NCBI GenBank assembly: GCA_905178155.1
Contig: CAJINV010000013.1
Location: forward strand, 2,848,158 to 2,912,157
Origin: Amoebophrya sp. A120
Taxonomy: Eukaryota > Protista > Dinoflagellata
Reading direction: 5' to 3'
Length of the DNA stretch: 64,000 bases
Positions 47,549-58,201 of the stretch are shown here, one piece after another. The notes under the pieces are model-generated. The model did no database searches and was not told the DNA's origin. It saw only the letters and a program-made list of their open reading frames with translations. Position numbers and translations under genes: made by a program. Each line of letters opens with the position of its first letter. Position 1 is the stretch's first letter.

Positions 47549-49051
47549 GTTCTTTTCTTGTTTACCAATGTTATTTTCTCAAAAGTCTCATTTCTGGAGT
47601 TTTTTCCTTAAGTATCACTGTAGTGCGTTTTACAAAAAATACGTCTTCTCAATGCTGTATTTTACATCTCTCATAATATTATCCCTCATCAATATCGACA
47701 ACAAGGCTATCAACAATACTATCAAACAAGGGCGTCTGTGTCGTACAAGGCGAAAACTGCGAGAATCTCGGCGTGCCTAGATTAAGACTCTCTCGACGAC
47801 CACGCTATTAGGTATGAGTTTACTTTTCAAAAATAATGGGTTTAGGTAGTACTATTCACGATTCATATTCTTCGACTCATCGACTATCATAATTGTTCAA
47901 AAAACATGCTTTACAATTCGACGAACTAGAGAAAAACCAAGAAGAGGCTCCACACACGGTATATTGACGTCTACAAGGTTTCGAGAATCGTGTGACACAA
48001 AAGTGCAAGAACATAGCAGCACCGCTACCGATAAAAATTTGCAGCTTTTCGAGAATAGACTAAACTAATCTCTGAAGCACGGCGTTAAGATATACCCCAA
48101 CGTACGGACCCACCTCGCGCAATTGATAGAAAATGAAAAAGAATCTAGTCCCCCGCCCGCCCTAAAATAGAGATGTAGTTTTTGGCGACAGTCGCACAGT
48201 AACGAAACATGCTTACGCGCTAGATCTACCTCAGCAGATGCTCTTCTCATTGTCTCGAAACGAAAATTTAGAACGCTCGTTGAAAAGAGTGGGATACGGC
48301 AGACGATAGTAAGAAAAAAATCTCCAAAGGGCCTAAGAAATAATGTTCTGCGATAGCAGGGGAACAGCGGGAGTAGCTGTTTCAGACTCAACGTATCAAC
48401 GACCTGAACCTCGTATTATCGCTCTGTGCCCGCTCTCGTCTTCCACCTCGTGCGATAAAAACCACGCTCGTCCTACTCTGGTCAAAATATCATTTCTGTC
48501 GTAGTAAACTTCCAGACTTCATCATCGCTTCAACAGCAGAGGACGGGCTTGGATAGTTTAACTCCAACCACTCTCGATCACTACTTGAGTCTATTTCTCG
48601 GAAACGATTTAGTCGCCGTTCCGAAAAAAACCGATCAGTGCGTGGTCGTTGAGAAAGAATATTTTTGTATTGCGAAAACGGAACATCACCTGGTATTTGC
48701 AGTACGCGTGCTAACCCTCATCCCTATCTATGCGAAGTCCCACATTCACCGCTTATACTTTCTTTTTCTTTCCCCCCGCACCCGCGCTGCACAGCGATTG
48801 GCGGTTTGAAGATCAATAGTGCTTTCTTGGGTTGATTCGCGAGCATCTTTAGATTTGGGGCCAGAAAACGAATCACTGGCACTGCACAAGGTGCTCCTTC
48901 GACGATGTCTTCGCTAGCTTTGGTGCGGGCGGCCCGCTCGTGCTGCACAGTCGCGAGAACGGTCACAGCGAGATGGTAGTCTTGATTGAAACTGCTACAC
49001 AGAGTTGTATGCATTCCAGACGCCATTTTAGAGTGGAATTTTATCACTTGC

Positions 49052-50562
49052 TCACATCTTCCCTTTGAGCGGCCCTGACATGACTTCACCGGGTTCCGGT
49101 CCCGCAACGTATTTCACCGAAACAGAATTGACGCAGTGTCTTTCGCTATCCGCGCCCATTTCGCCGTAAAATACATGTCCTAAGTGCCCGTCGCACCGCT
49201 TGCAAAGAATTTCCGTGCGGACCATACCTGTGGTTTTCGGTTCAATTTCTGCTCAAAAATAATTTCGACACACGGAGGAACGATCAAAAAGTCGCATGCT
49301 GGCACTGCTGAAAGAATATGATTTTTCCATTTTTTTACATCTTTACATTTTCTCACTGCAACTGCAAGTGCAAAATTTCTCGCGCGCTGTAGAGACGTGA
49401 AGCAGCATCGTAAGTACCGTGTGACCGGTCCTCGATATAGGCAATGTGGGAGCCGTTTGCCGCCTTGCTGTGGTAGCAGTCCTTGTAGGCTGGCCACCCG
49501 CACCCGCTGTTGAATTTGGCCTGGTAGCTGTAGAGCGGAAACCCGCAGGCGCGGCAGCAGTAGTAGCCCTCCTTGGGATAATGCTTGTCGTACTCCCCAG
49601 TGCCCGCCCGCTCTATCCTGAGTAAAAACGTACCCACGCCAGAGTTGTAATGCAGATTTGCAAAGACAGGAAGACTTGTAATGCGCATCCCCATGAGAGC
49701 CATTTCCAATCGTGTTTTGGAATTTGTGATGCTGTGAACAGGATGAGTAGCTGGATTTGTGATGCGGCTGCACTTGCTAACCTGCACTACACTGCAGAGC
49801 GCAACTTGTCATGCGTGACTCACAAAACTCCTAGGTCTGTGTTGCAAAATCCCCATCCTGACTCTGGTGTGGGTACGTTTTTACTCAGGATACGCTCCGT
49901 GCCCTTGTTTCGCAACACGTCGTACTCCTTCGCGTTCAATATCGTCTTCTATAACAGTGCACAACTCCCCCTCCCCCTCATTTGTATAGCATGAACGGCA
50001 AAAATACAAGCATTAGCAAGACTGCAGGTTTTGCATGACAAATTTGCACTGGAGTGTAGTGCTATTTGGGCCGCTACCAGAACTTGTCATGCGAAAAGTG
50101 CCAAGAGGCACCAAAGGGAGGACTTGGTATTTTGCATGACAAATGAGGGCGAGGGGGAGTTGTGCACTGTCATATCTTCCACTCGCCCTCCGATTTCACC
50201 ACTTTTTCCATCTTGCCACCACTTGTTGCCTGTCCCAGCTGAACTGTGTTTTGATCGCTTGTTTCTTCTCCCGTGCTGCTGAAAAAGCTCCGTCGAACGA
50301 CCGAGGCACTCTGCGGCTGGTGACCAACGTCGAAAAACAGCAAGGCGGAGGTAGTTCCGGCGCCTTCGAGCAGCGCCAGGGTCGTGTTGCCGCGACGGGG
50401 GAAGTTGCTTCGTTTAGTACCCGGAAAGGGTTTCGGCTGAATAAAAGTTCTACTGGGCGTCTGTCGTGCTCTGCTTGTCGTGCTGTCTTTAGATATGTTA
50501 TTGGTCTGGACAAAAGCGGCGCGGGAGGTTTGGCGAAGGTGGTGCCGCAGGACGGAGGACAT
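49052..50562 (-). CDS. msrB: Peptide-methionine (R)-S-oxide reductase MsrB, with a possible N-terminal targeting extension
   Basis: [75 protein letters not shown]; two introners and GT-AG intron 49228-49417. Confidence 0.95.
49614..49892. mobile_element. Introner, family 4
   Basis: 32-bp TIR with 1 mismatch; TSD CGCTC/CGCTC; interrupts the conserved GTERA motif. Confidence 0.95.
49950..50174. mobile_element. Introner, family 8 (TIR TATAACAGTGCACAACTCCCCCTC)
   Basis: TSD TCTTC/TCTTC; removal gives EWKTILN. Confidence 0.95.
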
Positions 50563-51397
50563 ACAACTTTAACTTTTTCGACAAAGATATTGTTCGCTGT
50601 AGTTAGCTGTCGTTTTGTTCTAGCGTGTTTGCGGGGCTTTTGGGTTATGGATGAAACTCCCAAGTACAACTACCGTCCTATAGGAGCGCGCGATGCTTGC
50701 TGAATGTCCCTGTTGTTAAGTGCGTACTTCAGCTCACGTTCAGCCGCTTTGTGTGTTGTTGCTCGGTGGTCAGGGATTCGCGTTGCGCGTTGAAAATTGA
50801 TCTTCTGCGTGTTGCACACGCGGGGTGTTTTGTTGCAAATTTGAAGCTGTGACGGCCGTGACTAGCGGTGCCGGCGCGCTTGCTGTTCTACCGTGGCGAG
50901 GGTCGAGGGCTTGCGATCCGCGGGGCGCGTCACGCTGCGGAGTGCGGCAGCGGGTTGCGTGGGCGCGGCGGGCGGTTGTTTCCAAAGCATCCGAGCGCAG
51001 GAAAGCATAGGACGGCGACGGGGAAGTTTCCTTTTTCAAAAAATAATTTGCCGCCTGTACGCCGAATTCATCAAAACTATTTCTGTACAGAACTTTGCGC
51101 TAAATTGATGGGTATATTATATGTATGGTTTTTACAACAACGCCTGAGTTTTGTCCTGTGATTTGAAAGGTCAGCAGCATCGCCAAAAGAATTACAGTTG
51201 CAAAGGGAATACTCAGCGTACCGACACCAATTTTGCTCACTCTCGTTTGGGAGGATTGTTGCAGTTGCTTCGCTCATACTGTGGCTCAGGGAAAAAGAAA
51301 AAGTTAAAAGCCGCTCGAAAACGGAGGAGAACACAAGCACCACAGGTGCACAAAAGTAAGACCAGGGCCGGCGTACAAGGGTCGTGCAGTTCGCTCC

Positions 51398-53746
51398 TCA
51401 TGTTTCTTGTCCTGTATTGCGATCATTATACTTTTCAACCTTTTCACTACCAGTCGTGTCGTACTGCTTGCTATTCCTGCTTCTTCTTTCTGTTGCAAAA
51501 TTCCCCAAAGCTGCCGTCCCGCCCCGGCTCGTGCCGTGAAAGAAGAGGGCTTCGAAAAACAAACTGGTCCGGGAGGCACGACGCTTCGTCGCAGGAATAG
51601 CAATTTCATCATCGCCATCCTCGTTGTTTCCAATATAATTCCCGAGTTGATGTTCATCTTCCTCCCTCCTACACCAGCAGCACCCTCCCCGCTGTTTTCC
51701 CGACAGCGAAAACAGCACGGCGAAGACCGTGAAGAGCAAGGGCGCGAGGCAAAACACGTGCACCGAGAACAGCCTCGCGACCGCGGTGCGGGGAGATAGT
51801 GCCTTTGACGATGCTCCGCTGCTAACAAGCAGGTCGATCACAAACCCGCCCGCGTAGGAACCGAGACCGTAGCTCACATCCGTGGCCACGGAGAACAGCC
51901 CCTCGGCAATTTTCAGATTGTTCTTGTTTGCTGCCCGTTTGCCGGAGGTGCGGCGGGGGGTTTTCGGTGTAGTGGAAAAGCCGTGATCTTCACTGGCCTT
52001 CTGCAATTCATCATTTCGTTCAGTAGGAACGTCATTCGTTGTGGAAATCACGGTTAAACTCGATGAAGACCCGGCTTGTTGTTCGCCGCCTTGTTCTTCT
52101 TCTCTCTCGCTATTTTCCAAGTCGTCCAGGCCGAGGACTCCGTACCCGCGCAGGATCGCGAACAGAAAAAACCAGAGCACCATAAACGGCATGAAGAGCA
52201 ACAGCAACAGGCAGATGTGCAGCAGGTCGCTCTGGAATAGCAGCGAAGCTTCATCGGTTTCAATCAGCGTAGTAGACTCGGAGGAGGAGGAGGTACTGGT
52301 ATCATCAGCACCACTAGTACTACTTCTCGTTGTCCCATTAATATCTTCGTTTTCTCGCCCCCGGCGCACCGAATTTTCGACAAACGTGTGCGTCAGGACG
52401 GCGCAGGCGAGACCGGTGGGGAGGAGGAGAAAACACGCGAAGCGTCTGATTAACAGCAAGCAGTACTTCTTCCCCTTTTCCAACCTCAGGTCGTAGTCCC
52501 TCTGCAGCACCCGATTGAAGAACGAACTGCCCAGGAACCCGCCGAGTAGACACGCGGTCAGGATCAGTGCGAAGAAGTAGACCGCGAGCACTTGATAACT
52601 GATGTTCTTCTTCTCACCTTCACTTGTGCCTCTCACGAACGCGAGCGGATGCAGCACGTCCAGGAGAAAGACCCAGGTCCACGTCTGCCACACCCCGATC
52701 GTGGAGAAGCAGACGCAAACGAAGGTGAGCGCCTGTTTGAATTGCCGCGACCGCCAGAGCGCTTTGGCGATCAGCAGATTCTCGCGTACTTGCTGACTGG
52801 AGGACGGTTGATGTTTTCTCCTCATCTTCGGGTCGGCGGTCGGACCGCTGGCGGTCGCTGGATGTCGAGTGCCGGTTCCTTGCGCTGTTGCTTCCTCGTT
52901 GATTGTTGTTCCCGGGGGCCCGGTAGTTGTTTCGACATCATGCGCTGAAGTTCTTGTGGGTCGTGTATTTCTATCTTCACCCGCAGCGACCGTTGTTGTA
53001 TTTGAATTTTCCTCGCCCGCCCCCGGTAAATTATTTTCCGCGACCGTCAAGTACCCCACTTCGATCAGCTTCTTCGGTATCACGTTCTCCAGCAGAAAGG
53101 CGACGACGAACCACTGCAACGCCTGCAACAGGAGAGTGTAGCGCCAGGTGATTTGCAGCTGGTGGAAGACGATCCCGACCAGGGATCCAACCGCGCTGGC
53201 CGTGTGTAGGGGGACCGCCATCGCCCAGTGTCCCCACGCGACGGTTTTGTCCTTCGGGGCGAACTCGGAGATCCACACGAACACGTAGATCAGCGGCACC
53301 GCGGCGCCGACGCCCGCCAGAATCCGCCCGGCGAAGAAGAGAAGCCAGTGCGGCGCCAGGCCGGCGAGGGCCGCCCCGACGCCGCCGAGTTGCGCGGCCC
53401 GGGTGCAGAGGGTCTGTGGGGGCACGTTGCCGAGCAGCAGGCCGGACACGACGAAGTATGCGGCCACGGCAGAAAAGAAGTAGATCATGTTGATGAAGCC
53501 GTAGAGGGATTTGGACAGCGCGAGCCCGTCCGAGTTGTCGTTGCTGAAGTAGTTGCCGCTGCTCCTCTCGAGCGTCGGGATGGCGACGGCCAGCGCGCCG
53601 AGTTCCCAGTTGCACAAAAACAACTGCCACTGCCAGATGCGAAACACGAACCGCCGCTGCGACTCGGGGAACCCCGCGGGGTGGTATTCGCGCGTAGTAT
53701 TCGCGATTTCTGCGGGGGCCGCATCTTTGTCCTGCTCAGTGGCCAT
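51398..53746 (-). CDS. Major facilitator superfamily transporter (Spinster-like), intronless
   Basis: Long ORF with about 12 hydrophobic segments; 'LFFAGRILAGVG', 'WISEFAPK', 'TWRYTLLLQA'. Confidence 0.8.
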   Translation of the reverse strand: MATEQDKDAAPAEIANTTREYHPAGFPESQRRFVFRIWQWQLFLCNWELGALAVAIPTLERSSGNYFSNDNSDGLALSKSLYGFINMIYFFSAVAAYFVVSGLLLGNVPPQTLCTRAAQLGGVGAALAGLAPHWLLFFAGRILAGVGAAVPLIYVFVWISEFAPKDKTVAWGHWAMAVPLHTASAVGSLVGIVFHQLQITWRYTLLLQALQWFVVAFLLENVIPKKLIEVGYLTVAENNLPGAGEENSNTTTVAAGEDRNTRPTRTSAHDVETTTGPPGTTINEEATAQGTGTRHPATASGPTADPKMRRKHQPSSSQQVRENLLIAKALWRSRQFKQALTFVCVCFSTIGVWQTWTWVFLLDVLHPLAFVRGTSEGEKKNISYQVLAVYFFALILTACLLGGFLGSSFFNRVLQRDYDLRLEKGKKYCLLLIRRFACFLLLPTGLACAVLTHTFVENSVRRGRENEDINGTTRSSTSGADDTSTSSSSESTTLIETDEASLLFQSDLLHICLLLLLFMPFMVLWFFLFAILRGYGVLGLDDLENSEREEEQGGEQQAGSSSSLTVISTTNDVPTERNDELQKASEDHGFSTTPKTPRRTSGKRAANKNNLKIAEGLFSVATDVSYGLGSYAGGFVIDLLVSSGASSKALSPRTAVARLFSVHVFCLAPLLFTVFAVLFSLSGKQRGGCCWCRREEDEHQLGNYIGNNEDGDDEIAIPATKRRASRTSLFFEALFFHGTSRGGTAALGNFATERRSRNSKQYDTTGSEKVEKYNDRNTGQET

Positions 53747-54309
53747 CTTCGCAGAAGCCGACAGATTATTACCGCGCCGCCGCAATCGGAAATATTAAAA
53801 AGGGGACTATCAGGGGCTGGCTCGCAGATTCTGTTTGTCAGATTGGGTTTGCCCTCTTGCAGTAACGTTCGCCAGACAGCGAGGGTCGGGCGATCGCTCT
53901 GCAGGTATGAAACCAGGCGCGCGCAATATTAGCCGCGCGACCGCGCATTGTGCGAGCACCAACACCCTTGCCTTTGGCGTACGGACCCGGGTCGGCGGCT
54001 AGTTTTTCGGCGGCAGGGGAGACGCCGATCCCCGAATCCGAAGCGCAGGCACTTCCCGGGCTTCGAACGGGTCGTGGGAAAGACGAAGCAGCCGGGGCTT
54101 CCGGCCGCGCGCGCGGGCAAATTTCGGCTCCGCGCAACCAAAAAAATGGCTTGGCGGCATCCGTCTCGCGCGTTTCCGGGCCGGCCGCTGCGTCGCTGCG
54201 GCAATCGCGCCGCCGCACCGGACGGGGCCGCACCGCGGAAGCGCCGAGAAGAGGCACCGGAGCACGCTCGGCCGAAACAGTAGTCGCGGGGCCCCCGGGG
54301 GACTTGGGG

Positions 54310-54375
54310 CGGGCGCAAGATTGGGCGTCCCCTCAGCCGGGCGCAAGATTGGGCGTCCCCTCCGCCGGGCGCAAG
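54310..54375. repeat. 28-bp tandem repeat (CGGGCGCAAGATTGGGCGTCCCCTC.GC), ~2.3 copies
   Basis: Directly visible within the GC-rich block. Confidence 0.8.
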
Positions 54376-56922
54376 CGAAAGACGGCTGCTGCCCGGATAA
54401 GTACGCACGGGGACGCGGAGCGCCGCGGGCCCGGCGGGTAGCGGGGGATCGGAAGTGCTTGGACGGGCCCGGGAGACCCCGCGGCTAGCTTGCGGCTGCG
54501 GCGGCGCAGGCCCGCACTAGTCGTGATTGCACGGTGGCGCGGCAGGGCATCCGTGCCGAAGCTGGCCGCGCGGCTTCCGAAGCCCGCCTGCAGGAGCGCA
54601 GCGCGACCGGCCAAGGAGATCCCGCGCCCCCGATCACCTCCGCAGACTCGGTTGCCGTGCTCCACTAGGCCCGCACACCGGAATCCGTAGGGCCCACGTT
54701 GGCCGGCGCCCCCATGCTGCAGCCAACAGGAGGGATGTAACCCAGCAGGCCTCTGGGCAGCCACCTGTGGAGGCCGCACCTCAGGAAGCCCAGGCCAAGG
54801 CGGATGGGGAGGGGCGGGGGCTGTTTTTTGGATTTCGGATCTTGCAGGTTTTTCGACACCACATAAAGAGTAGCGCTGCAAGTCCTGATGGTCATATATC
54901 AGTCAAGTAATAGGCTAGTTGCGTTCTCGGGTGTTATTGTTATAAAATTCTTAAAAAATCGAAACCCACCGAGAATATTTCGATTTTTTTTTTCATTTTT
55001 GCAATTTAGTAGATAACCTCCACCACTGTAGCTCACCTGCTTTAGCTGATGGGTCCAGCATAAAGATGGCAACTGATGACGCTAGTCATTTACAATTTTT
55101 ATCAACATATGTTGGGTGTTGTTCCATTTGGGTTATTTTTTCCGAACTTTTCAAAAAGTGGAAAAGTCCTGAAATGGCCCAACTATAAAATCCAGCGGGC
55201 CTGGTAGGTTGGAATGAAGCCAAAGCGAACAAGCTCTGCCACATTCTGACGCTATTTTATAGGGTTGCACCGATAAAATTCAACGAAAAAAATTTTCAAA
55301 ATTTTTTTTTATTGAGACTGTCAGAAATTTGACTGATTTCGAAGCCCATCATGATAGGCAATAAAGTATAGGACTAATATGCCTTGATTAGCTTCATTAT
55401 GTGCACGGTTGACGGCGATAATATGTGGAAAAATCACTTGCCAAACTTTTTGGAATTTTTTGCAGATTTTTAAAAAATGTGCAACGCTTGGAGTTTGCAA
55501 ACGATTACTCAAAACAATTACTCTTTGCCAATGAAGAAAAAGGACACAAGATATTCGATAGTGTGACTTGTGGGATTTTTGCGCCCATCAATTTGACCAA
55601 TTTTGCCTCTCCGGCAGATTTACAATTTTTTGCAACTTGGAAAAATTCTGCAACTGCCATGTCTTACACAAAGACAATATGTCTCATACAATATAAGGCC
55701 TCTCACAGACCGCCGAGGGGTGCGCATTTGCTTGATTGGGCACAGGTTGGCTTTCCACAATTTCCTGTCTTCCCCCTCTCCTCCTTTCCATCCATCCTCT
55801 TTGGAGGCATTGCCACTACAGCAAACTAGGCCCAGGATCCGCAGCGCCCGGCGCCGCCTCCTAGGGCCTATAGCATCCCCGCCCCCCTACCCTCTTATCC
55901 CCTTCCGATCGGGCAGATAACTCGATCGGGCAGGAACGCCTTCCGCACGCGAAAAGACCCCCCCCCCCTCCCCTACTTCGCCCGCGCTATTACGGGGCCT
56001 GCGGCGGTGCGGCCGCGCTTGCATTTTCTTTGCTACTAAACCGGGCGCGGGCGGTGCCTACCCGATGCGAGGGCCGCTGCGGTTATACGGCGCCCCGTTT
56101 AGAACGGACAAGCGCGTCCCGTAAGATACCGCTCGGGAAGAGGCGCAGCGCCGCGGGGAGATGGCCACGGTGGCGCTTCGTTTCCCGAGGGCGGATCTCC
56201 GCCGTGCGGGCCCGCGGGCGGATCTCCGCCGCCCCTTCTCCGGGCGCGACCCGGCCGCGGGGGAAAACAGTGCCCCGGGCTATTTCGCGTGTCCAATCGC
56301 AGCGCGGGAGCTGGCCACATCGGGGCCGCTCCTGGAAACCTCGCACCGAGCGCACTCTGCTCCTCCGGTGCTCGCCGTGCGGGCCGATGAAAGCCCGCCA
56401 GCCACGCTGCACCACGCCACCCGCGTGTACGGTCGAGGCAAGTCGGAGCCCGGGCATGGCAGAGTAAGATAAGCTAGCCTCGGAAAGTCCGGCGAACCAA
56501 TAGCAGGAAAGATAAGCGCGTTGAAATACTTCTCTTACACAGAAGATGGCTGCGACTCTCGAAGGTCACTCTTTTTGCCAGAGGAAAGATCATCTTGCAG
56601 CTATTCGCACTACCTAGAGACCGCCAGCGCTGCAGACGATCTAGCTACTACTTGCTGGCCGACGCACACTAGTTTGGTCCCGTTTTTTTCTATTGTGCGA
56701 AATGCTTCACGTCGAACTTTGCCGGGAAATTCTTTGCCAAAATCAGACCAGGGATTCGCCACTTTCTCTACTTTTTGTGGTTTACCAATTTTGCGAACTG
56801 AGGTAGCAGTCGCAACCGCTGTGTATTTGATGAAACATATCAGACCCTACTTACTTACCCACTTTCTAACCTCGCAGGCTATAATTTCCCAACTCGTTTA
56901 ACATTTCAGAACAGACCGCAGG

Positions 56923-57984
56923 ATGATGATCCGTTTCGGGGCCAAGCACTTCCCCTTTTGCCTCACAGACGCGCTCGCGGTTTTGCTGTCGCGACCGTGC
57001 GTTCTCGCGCGTCTCGCCAGCCCGAAAGTCGGCAGCCCGAGTAAGAAGTCGGTTTTTGCACAACTAGCGGCACTCCAGGACACTTCTTCCGAGTCGGAAG
57101 GGGAGGACGACCCGGCTGAAGCACAAAAGAAACCCATCCCCGCACGCCACGAGGAACACCCGCGTGCCGCGCTCGACGAGTCGGAGGATGTCGGGGACGC
57201 CGCGGGTACCGCCCCGGCAGCCGCAGCTCGACCCGAGGTACCTCCGGACCCACCATCGCCGGCTTTGCCGGATGCAAGCACGACGCAAGGCCCGGGTAGT
57301 ACCAGCCAGGAGCTATCAAGTTCTCTTTTCCACCTTCGCGGAACCGGCAAGGCGGCGCGATGGTCGGACGACCCGGGGCCGGGATGGGAACGTATGGAAG
57401 TAGATGCGGGGATCAAGAATATTGCGGAACCTGCGCGCACGCCGCCATTTTTTTTCGCCAGCCGCACTACTAGCGCGGACCAAGACGTTCTGGACCAGGC
57501 GGCCGGGGAGTTCGGAAGCGCTGAGTCCGCCACTTGCGGCAGCCCGATGGATTCCTCCCAAGGCACGACCGCTGCTACTCCGGAATCCACCGACGGGGGA
57601 AAGGGAAAGCCCGGTGAGCAAACAGCCCACCACGTGGCGGCTCGAGCGGGCGAGGCGAAGACCGCGGGAGCACTACTAGCAGCCCGCGCGAAGAACAACA
57701 ATCGCAGAGAACAACAATTACGGCAGCCCGTATTTTACCCGGGCGTCGCGATGGACGGAGCTGCACCCACTAACTTTGCAGGTCCCTATCCCTGCATGTT
57801 TTCACCGCCTAATTTTGATTACGGCGGAGGCACGATGCCTAACGGGATGGGATGGGCCGGCTTTGATGGAACAAGTTGCGGGCCCGGCAATTATTTTGAT
57901 CCGCAGCAGCAGTTCCAAGTTCCGATTGTGGGCTACTTTCCACAGCAATTGTACGAGCCGGTCCCGAACGCGCCGGGGTCTTGA
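56923..57984 (+). CDS. Hypothetical low-complexity protein
   Basis: 353-aa ORF; no recognisable domain. Confidence 0.4.
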   Translation: MMIRFGAKHFPFCLTDALAVLLSRPCVLARLASPKVGSPSKKSVFAQLAALQDTSSESEGEDDPAEAQKKPIPARHEEHPRAALDESEDVGDAAGTAPAAAARPEVPPDPPSPALPDASTTQGPGSTSQELSSSLFHLRGTGKAARWSDDPGPGWERMEVDAGIKNIAEPARTPPFFFASRTTSADQDVLDQAAGEFGSAESATCGSPMDSSQGTTAATPESTDGGKGKPGEQTAHHVAARAGEAKTAGALLAARAKNNNRREQQLRQPVFYPGVAMDGAAPTNFAGPYPCMFSPPNFDYGGGTMPNGMGWAGFDGTSCGPGNYFDPQQQFQVPIVGYFPQQLYEPVPNAPGS

Positions 57985-58201
57985 TATGATACAGAGAAAA
58001 TTGAAATCAGGGTATGGAACAACGCTTTGAAGACGAATTTGCCTGCTTTACTGCCCCCGCGATCGATGGCGACGCGCTTCTTATCCAGAGTTCTTTGAGA
58101 TGCGCTAGCACTTTTCAACATCTATGTTGCGAGAATAAATTGGCGTATCCTGTTGACAGAAGTTGTTCCTTTCCTCTGACTTCCGAATTTGCAAGTAAGT
58201 C

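Noticed and set aside
53838-56472. Overlapping Arg/Ala/Pro-rich ORFs
   Set aside because: Expected from very high GC content; no protein-like signal.
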